Below are positions 16,527-25,438 of a stretch of DNA of 56,388 nt, piece after piece; position 1 is the stretch's first letter, and each line of letters starts with the position of its first letter. Location: assembly GCA_040879175.1 (NCBI GenBank), contig JBBDKW010000018.1:1-56388 (forward strand), read 5' to 3'. The notes under the pieces were generated by a model. The model did not search any database. It saw only the letters and a program-made list of their open reading frames with translations, and was not told the origin of the DNA. This DNA comes from Candidatus Saccharimonadales bacterium. Lineage in GTDB: Bacteria > Patescibacteriota > Saccharimonadia > Saccharimonadales > UBA10212. A program made the position numbers and the translations under genes.

Positions 16527-17036
16527 CTATTTCACCTCTTTGGCGACTTTTTTAGCCGCAGAACCAGCTTTCTGGGCAGTACGGCTTACCCATTTGTCGG
16601 CTGGAACCATTGCTTGCAACGCTTCTAGAGTGGCGTAGGCCACGTTGATTCGGTTGTTGGAGCCGATAGACTTCGATAAAGCGTTCTCTATGCCGGCAAC
16701 TTCCAAAATCGAGCGGACTACTCCGCCGGCGATTAATCCGGTACCAGGTGCAGCCGGGAGGATCAGGACTTTTGCACCACCACGCTTGGCCTCGACTTCG
16801 TGCGTCAAAGTGCCCTTATAAATCGGCAGCTTGATGAGGCTCTTCTTGGCCGTATTGGTAGCCTTATTGATGGCCGCCGTGACATCGGCCCCTTTGCTAA
16901 TTCCCATACCAACCGAACCCTGGTGGTCGCCGGCGACAACCAGTGCCTGGAAGCGGAAACGCCGGCCGCCTTGGACCACTCTGGCTACACGGTTTATAAA
17001 TATCACTCTTTCGTCAAATGTCTTTTCTTCTTCCAT
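16527..17036 (-). CDS. rpsE: 30S ribosomal protein S5
   Basis: It contains INRVARVVQGGRRFRFQALVVAGD. I chose the ATG at 17036 (GGAG 4 nt upstream); the track's GTG at 17039 is an alternative. The stop abuts rplO, so no L30 gene lies between them. Confidence 0.95.
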   Translation of the reverse strand: MEEEKTFDERVIFINRVARVVQGGRRFRFQALVVAGDHQGSVGMGISKGADVTAAINKATNTAKKSLIKLPIYKGTLTHEVEAKRGGAKVLILPAAPGTGLIAGGVVRSILEVAGIENALSKSIGSNNRINVAYATLEALQAMVPADKWVSRTAQKAGSAAKKVAKEVK

Positions 17037-17146
17037 CACACTCCGCCTCCGGCTACGAGTGATTTCGGCAATTTTGTATGCTCATAGCGCTTTAGCTTAT
17101 TTTCCTTCTGTGATAGAGGCTCGAAGCCTTGTGCGTAGTGCCTCAT
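17036..17146 (-). CDS. Speculative 36-codon basic mini-ORF exactly bridging rplR and rpsE
   Basis: My own translation gives MRHYAQGFEPLSQKENKLKRYEHTKLPKSLVAGGGV. The ATG directly follows the rplR TAG, and the stop overlaps the rpsE start as TGATG. Confidence 0.2.
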   Translation of the reverse strand: MRHYAQGFEPLSQKENKLKRYEHTKLPKSLVAGGGV

Positions 17147-17506
17147 CTAAAACTCCAATCCACCTTGGCGGGCCGCTTCGGCCAGCTTTTTTACCCTGCC
17201 ATGATATTGGCGTTCGCCGCGGTCGAATACCACCTTTTTAACCTTGGCCTTTAGGGCTTTTTTGGCAATTTCAGTACCGGCCCAGGTCGCCTTATCTGAT
17301 AGCGGCCCACCGGTCTTTTTCCCAACACTCGTCACATATGCCAGCGTTCGGCCACTGTCGTCATTGATAATCTGGACGCTCACTTGGCGATTACTGATAT
17401 GGACGCTCAACCTTGGCTTATCAGCCGTACCGTGCATCCTCCGGCGGGCTCTTTGGCGTCTTTGCTCCATTTTAAAACGCTTGTGGGCTAGGCTGTCCTG
17501 GCTCAT
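17147..17506 (-). CDS. rplR: 50S ribosomal protein L18
   Basis: The 119-aa ORF contains PRLSVHISNRQVSVQIINDDSGRTLA and YHGRVKKLAEAARQGGLEF. Confidence 0.97.
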   Translation of the reverse strand: MSQDSLAHKRFKMEQRRQRARRRMHGTADKPRLSVHISNRQVSVQIINDDSGRTLAYVTSVGKKTGGPLSDKATWAGTEIAKKALKAKVKKVVFDRGERQYHGRVKKLAEAARQGGLEF

Positions 17507-18048
17507 GCTGTAGCCTCCTTACCGCTTTTGCCGCTTTTGCGGATAATCTGCTCATCGACGTATTTGATACCCTTGCCTTTGTAGGGCTCAGGCTTCTTCA
17601 AAGCCCTGATTTCAGCCGCTACCTGGCCGACCTTCTGTTTATCTATGCCGCTGACGGTGATGATATTCTGGTCTACGCTAACTTGTACCTCCGCCGGCAG
17701 CTTATAAACAACGTCATGCGAAAATCCAAGACTAAACTTCAAATCCTGGCCTTGGGCCGACACCCTGTAGCCAACACCGCTGAGTTCAAGCTTTCTTTCA
17801 AAGCCTTGGCTAACCCCCGTGACCATATTTTGCAGCAAAGATCTCATCAAACCGTGTCGGGCCTTGATTTCCGGTTCATCGCTGCTACGCTTCAACATAA
17901 GCTGGCCTTGAGTGGTCTCCAACCTAACACCCGGCAAAACCTTCTGCGCGAGGCTACCCTTTGGCCCGGTGGCAACCACTTCACTCTTATCGACGGTGAG
18001 CGTAACTCCGCTCGGTAATGTGATGGGTTTTTGACCAATCCTGCTCAT
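17503..18048 (-). CDS. rplF: 50S ribosomal protein L6
   Basis: The 181-aa ORF starts MSRIGQKPITLPSGVTLTVD and contains PEPYKGKGIKYVDE. Confidence 0.97.
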   Translation of the reverse strand: MSRIGQKPITLPSGVTLTVDKSEVVATGPKGSLAQKVLPGVRLETTQGQLMLKRSSDEPEIKARHGLMRSLLQNMVTGVSQGFERKLELSGVGYRVSAQGQDLKFSLGFSHDVVYKLPAEVQVSVDQNIITVSGIDKQKVGQVAAEIRALKKPEPYKGKGIKYVDEQIIRKSGKSGKEATA

Positions 18049-18070
18049 CAGTCGCTCCTTCCAGTCGCTC

Positions 18071-18098
18071 GAGGAATTAGGAACGAGGAATTAGGAAC
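18071..18098. repeat. Tandem 14-nt repeat (gaggaattaggaac x2) in the rpsH-rplF spacer
   Basis: The two exact 14-nt units lie at 18071..18084 and 18085..18098. A 9-nt repeat cagtcgctc occurs at 18049 and 18062. The inverted segment ttaggaac/gttccctaa can form a hairpin. Confidence 0.8.
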
Positions 18099-18129
18099 TA
18101 GACTTCCCTGTTCCCTAATGCGTGGCATT

Positions 18130-18525
18130 TTAGTAAACCTCACAAATAAGCTCGCCGCCGAGCTTTTTACTGGCTGCTTCATTGCCGGTCATTACCCCTT
18201 TTGAAGTCGAGATAATCACAATCCCCCGGCCGCGTTTAACAGTTGGGATCTCTTTGGCCCCGACATAAACTCGCCTGCCCGGCCGGCTGAGACGCTTAAT
18301 CGACGTAATTTGGGACGGCCGATCCTCGTCAGCAATCTCCAAGCTTAACTGTAGGCGTCCACCGGCTTGGGTACGGTTTACCGACTTAAGATAGCCGCTA
18401 GTAAATAAGATCTTTGCCACGTCTTCTTTTATCTTAGAGTGCGGTAAAGACACTCCGTTCCTGTTAACGCGAGCAGCGTTTCGGATGCGGGCCAACATAT
18501 CGCTGATCGGGTCAGTGCTCACCAT
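18130..18525 (-). CDS. rpsH: 30S ribosomal protein S8
   Basis: The 131-aa ORF starts DPISDMLARIRNA and ends GGELICEVY. Confidence 0.97.
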   Translation of the reverse strand: MVSTDPISDMLARIRNAARVNRNGVSLPHSKIKEDVAKILFTSGYLKSVNRTQAGGRLQLSLEIADEDRPSQITSIKRLSRPGRRVYVGAKEIPTVKRGRGIVIISTSKGVMTGNEAASKKLGGELICEVY

Positions 18526-18529
18526 CTTC

Positions 18530-18799
18530 TTACCAACTACTCTTAGTTACACCCGGTATCTCGCCGCGAGATGCGTGTTCTCTAAAGGCGATTCGACTTA
18601 AGCCGAACTGGCGCATATAACTTCTGGAGCGTCCGGTTTCAAAGCAACGGCTTTTGCGTCTGGTCGGGCTGGAGTTGCGCGGTAACTTGGCCAAAGCCTC
18701 ATAATCACCGGCGGCTTTAAGCTCCGCCCGCTTGGCAGCGTATTTCTCATACATCTTTTGGCGTTTGGCATCACGCGCTAGAATCGATTTTTTAGCCAT
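18530..18799 (-). CDS. rpsN: 30S ribosomal protein S14 (long, non-zinc form)
   Basis: The 89-aa ORF starts [15 protein letters not shown] and ends [21 protein letters not shown]. Confidence 0.96.
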   Translation of the reverse strand: MAKKSILARDAKRQKMYEKYAAKRAELKAAGDYEALAKLPRNSSPTRRKSRCFETGRSRSYMRQFGLSRIAFREHASRGEIPGVTKSSW

Positions 18800-19384
18800 C
18801 TATTTAGACTCCTTCTCAAAAGGCAGGCCCAATTTCTCTAATAAGGCCTTTGAATGTTCTTTTCCCTGGCTGCTAATTACGAAAACAACCTGCAGGCCGT
18901 GCGGCGTCGTGGTATCTTCGAACGTCAACTCCGGGAAGACTGACTGGTCGCTAAGACCAAGGCCGTAATTGCCTTGAGAATCAAACGACTTAGGGCTTAC
19001 CCCGTGGAAGTCCCTCAATCTTGGCAGTACCAAGGTAATCAGCCGGTCGGCAAACTCGTACATTCTATCACCCCTTAGAGTGACCTTCAAGCCTACCTGG
19101 CTACCGGCGCGCAACTTAAAACCGGCAATCGATGCTCTAGCCGTAGTTCTTACAGGCTGCTGGCCGCTTATCTTGCGCAGTGTATTGGTTGCTACTTCCA
19201 GCAGCCGTTTATCGTCTTTTGCGCGTCCCAATCCGGCATTGATAATTATTTTTTCCAGCCTCGGCGCTTGGTTAATATTCCTCAGATTAAGCTCGTCTTT
19301 AAGGGCGCTAGCGTATTTCTCCCGGTACAAAGCCTTAAGTCGTGGAGTGGGACTAATAGGTTTTGAGGTAACTTCGGTGGCCAT
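18800..19384 (-). CDS. rplE: 50S ribosomal protein L5
   Basis: The 194-aa ORF sits in the canonical L24-L5-S14 context. It contains GLGLSDQSVFPEL. Confidence 0.97.
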   Translation of the reverse strand: MATEVTSKPISPTPRLKALYREKYASALKDELNLRNINQAPRLEKIIINAGLGRAKDDKRLLEVATNTLRKISGQQPVRTTARASIAGFKLRAGSQVGLKVTLRGDRMYEFADRLITLVLPRLRDFHGVSPKSFDSQGNYGLGLSDQSVFPELTFEDTTTPHGLQVVFVISSQGKEHSKALLEKLGLPFEKESK

Positions 19385-19704
19385 TATTTTATCTCCTTGC
19401 CCGACGATTTCATCAGCCTAGTCTTTTTATCGGTTTTATCAGCCTTGTAGCCGATGCGGGACGGTTTTTTCCGCGTACTGTCATATATCCCGACTTTACT
19501 GGTCCAGATCGGCTGATTTATTTCCACAATCCCACCTTTGGGGTTGGTTCGGGTCGGCTTGAGATGCCTCTTTACGATGTTAATACCCTCAACGGTCACT
19601 TTGTTAAGCTTTGGATGAACAATCAGGACCTTGCCCGTACGACCTTTATACTTGCCCGAGCGTACCATTACCGTATCGCCTTTTTTTAACCTAATCTTTG
19701 TCAT
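19384..19704 (-). CDS. rplX: 50S ribosomal protein L24
   Basis: The 106-aa ORF has the KOW region [20 protein letters not shown]. Confidence 0.97.
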   Translation of the reverse strand: MTKIRLKKGDTVMVRSGKYKGRTGKVLIVHPKLNKVTVEGINIVKRHLKPTRTNPKGGIVEINQPIWTSKVGIYDSTRKKPSRIGYKADKTDKKTRLMKSSGKEIK

Positions 19705-20072
19705 AGTACCTCCGGGGCTAATGACACGATGCGGCCAAAGCCTTTTTCGCGCAGTTCCCGCGGCACTGGACCGAAAATACGCGTGCCACGCGGCGTCTTA
19801 TTATCCTCTGCCAAAACAACGGCGGCGTTATCATCAAACTTGACCAAGGAGCCGTCTTTGCGCTTAATCGGGCTTTTTGACCGTACAACCACAGCCTTAA
19901 CGACGCTTTTGCGCTTGACGCCGCCAGTCGGGCTGGCGGTTTTAACGCTAGCGACGATTATGTCGCCGACACGGGCATAGCGCCGACGCGTGCCACCAAG
20001 CACACGGATGCACTGGAGCGTACGGGCACCGCTGTTGTCGGTGGCTATTAAGCGTGTTTCCTGCTGTATCAT
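19701..20072 (-). CDS. rplN: 50S ribosomal protein L14
   Basis: The 123-aa ORF starts [27 protein letters not shown]. Confidence 0.98.
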   Translation of the reverse strand: MIQQETRLIATDNSGARTLQCIRVLGGTRRRYARVGDIIVASVKTASPTGGVKRKSVVKAVVVRSKSPIKRKDGSLVKFDDNAAVVLAEDNKTPRGTRIFGPVPRELREKGFGRIVSLAPEVL

Positions 20073-20422
20073 CCTTCTTCCTTCTCGGTCTTAGGCTTCT
20101 TCTTGGCTGCTTTGGGCTGTTCTTTCTTCTCTATCTCTTCCATCGGAACGTCTGCCGCCGCATCAGATACTTCAAAACCAACTCCGGCCCGCTCAACTAT
20201 CTTATCGAGCACAAATCGCTTACTGGCGCTTATCGGCCGCGATTCACGGATTGTCACTAAATCACCCACCTTGGCTTCGTTTTTCTCATCGTGTGCCATA
20301 AATTTGCGATGGCGGGTATATTGCTTCTTATAGACCGGGTGTGTCTGGCGCATAACTACTCTGACAACAATCGTTTTGTCGCTTTTGTCGCTGTAAACCC
20401 TGCCTCTGATTATCCGCTTCAC
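20069..20422 (-). CDS. rpsQ: 30S ribosomal protein S17 with an acidic/Lys-rich C-terminal tail
   Basis: The 117-aa ORF (GTG start) contains [16 protein letters not shown] and [27 protein letters not shown]. Confidence 0.96.
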   Translation of the reverse strand: MKRIIRGRVYSDKSDKTIVVRVVMRQTHPVYKKQYTRHRKFMAHDEKNEAKVGDLVTIRESRPISASKRFVLDKIVERAGVGFEVSDAAADVPMEEIEKKEQPKAAKKKPKTEKEEG

Positions 20423-20625
20423 TGTATCTCCTCCTTGGCAAGTTGTTCGCCGAGTATTGTTAGGACTCGTGCCAAATCTTTGCGCTTGGCGCGTAAGATT
20501 CTGACATTCTGTACCTCGCCGCTGTAGAGCCGGCGGCGCAGTTCAGCGATCTCCTCGCGCAACTTCGTTTGCTCCTTCGTGAGCTCAGCAGTAGTCAGTT
20601 TGCGGATATCGGCCACTTTCATCAT
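20419..20625 (-). CDS. rpmC: 50S ribosomal protein L29
   Basis: The 68-aa helical protein lies between rplP and rpsQ. Confidence 0.93.
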   Translation of the reverse strand: MMKVADIRKLTTAELTKEQTKLREEIAELRRRLYSGEVQNVRILRAKRKDLARVLTILGEQLAKEEIQ

Positions 20626-21041
20626 TACTGCTCCTTTTTGACAATAAAAGTCGTCTTAAGTGGCAGTTTATGGGCAGCCAAACGCATAGCTTCGCGGGCG
20701 ACTTCTTCCGAGACACCGTCCATTTCGAACATCACGCTGCCGGGTTTGACCTTAGCTACAAAATACTCCGGATTCCCTTTGCCGCTGCCCATTTTGACAT
20801 CAAGAGGCTTCTTTGTAACGGGGGTATGCGGGAAAATCCGAATCCATATCTGGCCACCGCGTTTGACGTATCTTGTCATAGCTTGCCGGGCCGCCTCTAT
20901 CTGGCGGCTACTGACCCGCTCGGCACTTTGGCTGACCAGCCCGTATGAGCCGTAAGCCAGCTCGTTCAGCGATGTTGCTACGCCGCCGTGTATCCGGCCT
21001 TTTCTGACCTTTCGGTATTTTGTCCTGCTGGGCATCAACAT
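20625..21041 (-). CDS. rplP: 50S ribosomal protein L16
   Basis: The 138-aa ORF starts [16 protein letters not shown]. Confidence 0.98.
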   Translation of the reverse strand: MLMPSRTKYRKVRKGRIHGGVATSLNELAYGSYGLVSQSAERVSSRQIEAARQAMTRYVKRGGQIWIRIFPHTPVTKKPLDVKMGSGKGNPEYFVAKVKPGSVMFEMDGVSEEVAREAMRLAAHKLPLKTTFIVKKEQ

Positions 21042-21042
21042 C

Positions 21043-21672
21043 TTACATTTCTCCCTTGTAAACCCAGACTTTCACGCCAATAATACCGGCACCTGGGTAT
21101 AGCGCTTTGGAGCTGGCATAATCGATGTCGGCCCGCAAGGTTGTTAGCGGCACGCTGCCCTGGACTTCTTTTTCTCGGCGGCTCATTTCGTTACCGCCTA
21201 GGCGACCGGCAATCTCAATCCGAACCCCTTTGGCACCGGCGCGCATAGCCGATGATGCCGCTTGTTTCATCGCCCGTCTGAAAGCGATCCGCTTCTCAAG
21301 CTGATGGGCAATGTTCTCGGCGACCAACTTGGCCTGCAGTTCGGCCCGTTTAATTTCCTCGATATTAACTCGCACCGGAACGCCGTATATTTTTTCGATT
21401 TCATCCTTAAGCTCGGTTGCACCGGTACCACCGCGGCCAATAACTACACCAGCTTTTGCCGTCTGGATGGTTATGGTGACTAAGTTCGGCGAGCGTTCGA
21501 TATCAACCTTATTGATTGCGGCCCGCGAGCCAAGCTTCTCGTCAATCAATTTTCGGGCGGCTAGGTCTTGTCTAAGGTAGTTGGCATAATCTTTCTTACC
21601 AGCGAACCATTTACTGCGCCAGTCCTTGCTCACCTGCAGCCTCATGCTAATTGGATTAACTTTTTGTCCCAT
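21043..21672 (-). CDS. rpsC: 30S ribosomal protein S3
   Basis: The 209-aa ORF starts [23 protein letters not shown] and has a KH domain. Confidence 0.98.
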   Translation of the reverse strand: MGQKVNPISMRLQVSKDWRSKWFAGKKDYANYLRQDLAARKLIDEKLGSRAAINKVDIERSPNLVTITIQTAKAGVVIGRGGTGATELKDEIEKIYGVPVRVNIEEIKRAELQAKLVAENIAHQLEKRIAFRRAMKQAASSAMRAGAKGVRIEIAGRLGGNEMSRREKEVQGSVPLTTLRADIDYASSKALYPGAGIIGVKVWVYKGEM

Positions 21673-22059
21673 TTATTTTTTCTCCTGCTTATCAGCGGGC
21701 TTAGCAGCCTTTTTCTTAACCTCTCGCTTCTCGCCATCGACCACAACTTTGATGTGGCTAGTCTTGCGCGCGTATCGTAATGCCCGGCCGCGCGCCGCCG
21801 CACGATAACGCCGAAAGCGTGGGCCGGCGGCAACCGCAATCTCTGTTATATAAAGACTGTCAGGTTTGTAGCTATGATTATGCTCGGCATTGGCTTTGGC
21901 ACTCAGTAGAGCTTTTCTTAAAGCCCCGGCCGACCTTCGTGGTGTGTGTTCCAGAATAGTCAAGGCGTCGGCAACACTTCGGCCGCGCACCAAAGACGCT
22001 ACCACGCTGACTTTGCGCGGGCTCATCCTAACTCCTTTACTGAATGCTGTGGCCGCCAT
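21673..22059 (-). CDS. rplV: 50S ribosomal protein L22 with a Lys-rich C-terminal tail
   Basis: The 128-aa ORF contains VRMSPRKVSVVASLVRGRSVADALTILEHTP. Confidence 0.97.
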   Translation of the reverse strand: MAATAFSKGVRMSPRKVSVVASLVRGRSVADALTILEHTPRRSAGALRKALLSAKANAEHNHSYKPDSLYITEIAVAAGPRFRRYRAAARGRALRYARKTSHIKVVVDGEKREVKKKAAKPADKQEKK

Positions 22060-22062
22060 AGA

Positions 22063-22371
22063 TTATCCTTCTGCCCTTGGCTTAGCTGACACGGCAGTTT
22101 CTTGGGCTTTAGCCAGTTTGCCGCCGTGGCCGCGGAACTTACGAGTTGGAGCAAACTCTCCCAGCTTATGGCCAACCATATCTTCGGTAATGAAAACTGG
22201 TACGTGAACCTTGCCGTTATGGACAGCTATGGTCCGGCCAACGAACTCCGGCGCAATCGTTGAAGCTCGAGCCCATGTTTTGATGATACTGCGGTCTTCC
22301 GAACCCAAAACCGCCACTTTCTTAGCTAACTTCGGGTCCACAAACGGTCCTTTTTTAAGCGATCTACCCAT
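22063..22371 (-). CDS. rpsS: 30S ribosomal protein S19
   Basis: It starts [15 protein letters not shown] from the ATG at 22371, with AGGAGG 5 nt upstream. The track's GTG at 22377 adds two residues. Confidence 0.97.
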   Translation of the reverse strand: MGRSLKKGPFVDPKLAKKVAVLGSEDRSIIKTWARASTIAPEFVGRTIAVHNGKVHVPVFITEDMVGHKLGEFAPTRKFRGHGGKLAKAQETAVSAKPRAEG

Positions 22372-22377
22372 AACCAC

Positions 22378-22496
22378 CTCCTATCGTCGGTGTAATTTTC
22401 AATTTACAATTTACGTTTTTCATTAAATTTACATTTAGCCATTTTCCATTTGCAGCTACATTGATAAATGATAATTGGAGTGACGCAGTCACGACT
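22378..22496. repeat. AT-rich heptamer array B splitting rplB from rpsS
   Basis: The 119-nt spacer reads aatttac aatttac ... catttag ccatttt ccatttg ... cattgat aaatgat. The small hairpin gtgac-tgc-gtcac follows the rplB stop. Confidence 0.65.
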
Positions 22497-23330
22497 TTAT
22501 CTCCTCGTTCCTTGCCGACGCTTGCGGACGATGAATTTGTCGGTTGTCTTACGTCTGCGAGTCTTGTAGCCCAAAGTGCGCTGACCCCAAGGAGTGCGGG
22601 GGTCGGAACCGCCCTTGCCCTTGCCTTCGCCGCCACCATGCGGGTGGCTAGCGGCATTCATCACGACGCCTCTGACAGTTGGTCGAATGCCCATGCGGCG
22701 CCGGCGGCCGGCCTTTCCAAGTTTGACGTTCTGGTGCTGTTCATTACCGACGGCGCCAATAGAAGCCAGCGAATTGATGCTTACCATTCGTACTTCGCCG
22801 CTAGGCAGTCGAATCTGGGCGTATTTTTCGTCTTTGGCTACCAACTGGGCGCTGGTACCGGCCGTACGGGCCAGCTGCGCCCCGCGGCCAGGTTGAAGTT
22901 CGACGGCGTGGACCGCTGTTCCGACAGGGATGTTTTTAAGAGGTGAGCGGTTACCGGCCTCGATTGCTGCTTCTTCCTGTACAGCCAGCTTGTCGCCTGG
23001 CTTCATACCCTTGGCGGCTAGGATATAACGATAATTACCGTTTTGGTCTTTAATTCGGGCAATTCTAGCACTACGGTTAGGGTCGTATTCAACTGCCTCG
23101 ACCTCGAATTCGGCCTCCGGCGCCAGCCTAAAGTCAACAACTCGGTAAAACTTTCGAGCACCGCCGCCGCGGTGCCGCGTGGTAATTCTACCAGCCGCAC
23201 TTCGACCGACTCGGCCTCTTTTGACCTTGAGAAGGCTCTTTAGAGGCTTCTTGGTAGTGATTTCAGCAAAATCCTGACTGGTCATAACGCGTCGGGCGGC
23301 CGTTGTCGGATTCTGGGTCTTGATGGCCAT
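22497..23330 (-). CDS. rplB: 50S ribosomal protein L2
   Basis: The 277-aa ORF contains GRSAAGRITTRHRGGGARKFYRVVDF and VMNAASHPHGGGEGK. Confidence 0.98.
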   Translation of the reverse strand: MAIKTQNPTTAARRVMTSQDFAEITTKKPLKSLLKVKRGRVGRSAAGRITTRHRGGGARKFYRVVDFRLAPEAEFEVEAVEYDPNRSARIARIKDQNGNYRYILAAKGMKPGDKLAVQEEAAIEAGNRSPLKNIPVGTAVHAVELQPGRGAQLARTAGTSAQLVAKDEKYAQIRLPSGEVRMVSINSLASIGAVGNEQHQNVKLGKAGRRRRMGIRPTVRGVVMNAASHPHGGGEGKGKGGSDPRTPWGQRTLGYKTRRRKTTDKFIVRKRRQGTRR

Positions 23331-23668
23331 TACTTAGCCTCCTTCTTGGTTTTTTTCTTATCTTCATCAACGGCTGAGAAAATCGGTAATTTGTCGCCTT
23401 GCTTAAGCCGCACGTATGCCTTGCGAACGGGCGATGTTCGGCCGCGGTGCACGATCCGACCGCCACGCCTGTAAATCCGCTTAGTTTTACCTGGCTGGGT
23501 AGCAATTCTAACGGATTCGACGGTAACGCCATATTGCACAGCTACTGCCTTAGCGATTCTCAGCCGGCTTAGGCTTGTTGGCACGGCAAAAACGTAGGTA
23601 TTACGCTCTTCGCTCAGAGCGTACGCCTTCTCGCTCAGCCGCGGTTTGAGGACTATGGTCTTATCCAT
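23330..23668 (-). CDS. rplW: 50S ribosomal protein L23 with a Lys-rich tail
   Basis: The 112-aa ORF lies between rplD and rplB and contains the L23-like YVFAVPTSLSRLRIAKAV. Confidence 0.93.
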   Translation of the reverse strand: MDKTIVLKPRLSEKAYALSEERNTYVFAVPTSLSRLRIAKAVAVQYGVTVESVRIATQPGKTKRIYRRGGRIVHRGRTSPVRKAYVRLKQGDKLPIFSAVDEDKKKTKKEAK

Positions 23669-24345
23669 CAGGCGCTCCCCTCAGTCGCTTTAGCTGAGAG
23701 CTTTGAGCTGTTAGCCGACAGCCAGTTATTAATAATTTCTAGTGATTTTCGACTTATCACCACAGTGTCAGCGTTTAAAACATCGTAGGTTGTCAGATAA
23801 TTGGCTTGGATTGCCTTGATATTGGACAAATTGCGCGTTGCTCTTTCTACAAGCTCGTCTTTTTCAGACACGATTAGCAAAACAGATCCCTCGGCTTTAA
23901 TCTTATTTAACAGGTTAATTGTCGGTTTCACTTTACCATCGGGACAAGTAAATGTCTCGATTACTTTAATCCGGCTATCTTCGGCGGCTAGCGATAGAGC
24001 TTGCCGCAGGGCCAACCTTTTAGCTTTCACGTTCATTTTACGGCTGTAATTTTCTACCCCCGTAGGTCCAAAAATTACACCCCCGCCTGTCCAAATCGGG
24101 CTGCGGATAGAGCCGGCACGGGCACGGCCTGTACCCTTTTGTCGCCATGGTTTCGCTCCACCGCCGCGCACCTCGCCCCGCCTCCTGGCCTTAGCTAAAT
24201 TCGGCCGCTTGCTAGCCAGGTTGGCAAGATATGCCTCTTTCAGAAGTTGATGGTTCTCAACTTTCAGACCAAAGACTGACTTATCCAGCTTGGCCGGTGT
24301 GGAGGCTTTGCTCCCCGATTTCGTAAACGTCTCGACAGTAGACAT
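23668..24345 (-). CDS. rplD: 50S ribosomal protein L4
   Basis: The 225-aa ORF contains RRGEVRGGGAKPWRQKGTGRARAGSIRSPIW. Confidence 0.97.
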   Translation of the reverse strand: MSTVETFTKSGSKASTPAKLDKSVFGLKVENHQLLKEAYLANLASKRPNLAKARRRGEVRGGGAKPWRQKGTGRARAGSIRSPIWTGGGVIFGPTGVENYSRKMNVKAKRLALRQALSLAAEDSRIKVIETFTCPDGKVKPTINLLNKIKAEGSVLLIVSEKDELVERATRNLSNIKAIQANYLTTYDVLNADTVVISRKSLEIINNWLSANSSKLSAKATEGSA

Positions 24346-24959
24346 TACTTAGCCCCCCGCAATAAAACCAAGCCCTTTTTGGGGCCTGGTACGGCGCCTT
24401 CGACTCCTATTACGCTACTGTCCTTATCAATCAGGGCAATGCGCAAGTTCTTGGTTGTAACTTGGCTATGCCCCATATGGCCGGCCATCTTCTTGCCCGG
24501 AAAAATCCGCTGCGGATACATCGAACCAATGGAGCCCGGTCGCCTATAGCTTTGCCCGCCGTGAGTTTTTGGCCCGCGGTGAAAACCGTGCCGTTTGATA
24601 GTTCCGGCAAAGCCCTTGCCCTTACTGATTCCGGTCACATCAACCTTATCGCCGACTTCAAAAATGTCGGCGTCAATTTGGCCGCCGACATTCAGCTCGC
24701 TTAACTCTTCATCAATAATGCGGAACTCACGAGCGATCCTTGGTGTTACCTTGGCTGTCTTATAGTGGCCGGCTTGAGCCTTGCCAATCTTTTTTTGGCT
24801 TTCAGCACCAATCTGAATGGCGTTATAACCGTCTTTTTCAGTGGTTTTTATTTGGGTAACAGTGTTAGGCGAGGCGGAAAGCAAAGTCACAGCAATAGCC
24901 GCACCATCCTCTTTGAGGATGTTGGTCATACCGATTTTGCGGGTGATAAGGGCTTTCAC
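24345..24959 (-). CDS. rplC: 50S ribosomal protein L3
   Basis: The 204-aa ORF (GTG start) contains KIGMTNI and GISKGKGFAGTIKRHGFHRGPKTHG. Confidence 0.97.
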   Translation of the reverse strand: MKALITRKIGMTNILKEDGAAIAVTLLSASPNTVTQIKTTEKDGYNAIQIGAESQKKIGKAQAGHYKTAKVTPRIAREFRIIDEELSELNVGGQIDADIFEVGDKVDVTGISKGKGFAGTIKRHGFHRGPKTHGGQSYRRPGSIGSMYPQRIFPGKKMAGHMGHSQVTTKNLRIALIDKDSSVIGVEGAVPGPKKGLVLLRGAK

Positions 24960-25084
24960 CTATAATTCCTTCTGTGCTAATGCCGGTTAGTATTTTTGCC
25001 ATATTAATAGCTAGATACACCTCTATCGCTGTATCCGTAACAGATTAACACAAAGCCTTCATAAGTGTCAATTTGTTGCTAAAA

Positions 25085-25438
25085 TTACATTTTTATCTCG
25101 GCGTCGCATCCCGCGGGCAGAGACAAATTCATAAGAGCGTCGATTGTTTTTGGTGTTGGTTCAGTTATATCGATCAAGCGTTTGTGGACGCGCATTTCAA
25201 ACTGCTCGCGCCCCTTTTTATAGACATGAGGGCTTTTAATGACCGTATAGACGCTCTTTTTTATAGGCAGTGGGATTGGACCCGAAATATTAGCGCCTGT
25301 ACGCAGCGCTGTCTCAACGATCTGCTTAGCTGACTGGTCAATAACTTTATGGTCGTAAGCCTTCAAACGAATTCGAATGCGCGGCTTACCCTCTGCCTCT
25401 GTCGACTTCGATTTAGTTGTCTTTTTAGCTTCTGCCAT
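25085..25438 (-). CDS. rpsJ: 30S ribosomal protein S10 with a short Lys/Thr-rich N-terminal extension
   Basis: The 117-aa ORF contains [24 protein letters not shown]. Confidence 0.97.
   Translation of the reverse strand: MAEAKKTTKSKSTEAEGKPRIRIRLKAYDHKVIDQSAKQIVETALRTGANISGPIPLPIKKSVYTVIKSPHVYKKGREQFEMRVHKRLIDITEPTPKTIDALMNLSLPAGCDAEIKM

Noticed and set aside
22461-22946. Long antisense ORFs inside conserved genes, for example 22461..22946 (+) in rplB, 30782..31462 (+) in fusA, 35674..36684 (+) in rpoC, 38225..38734 (+) in rpoB, 42254..42670 (+) in tig, 44010..44558 (+) in hisS, 52504..53094 (-) in the PBP gene, 54692..55189 (+) in radA and 55290..55811 (+) in the HExxH gene.
   Set aside because: These are shadow frames of strongly supported genes on the opposite strand. 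They have low-complexity Arg/Ser/Ala/Leu-rich peptides, no motifs and no start context.
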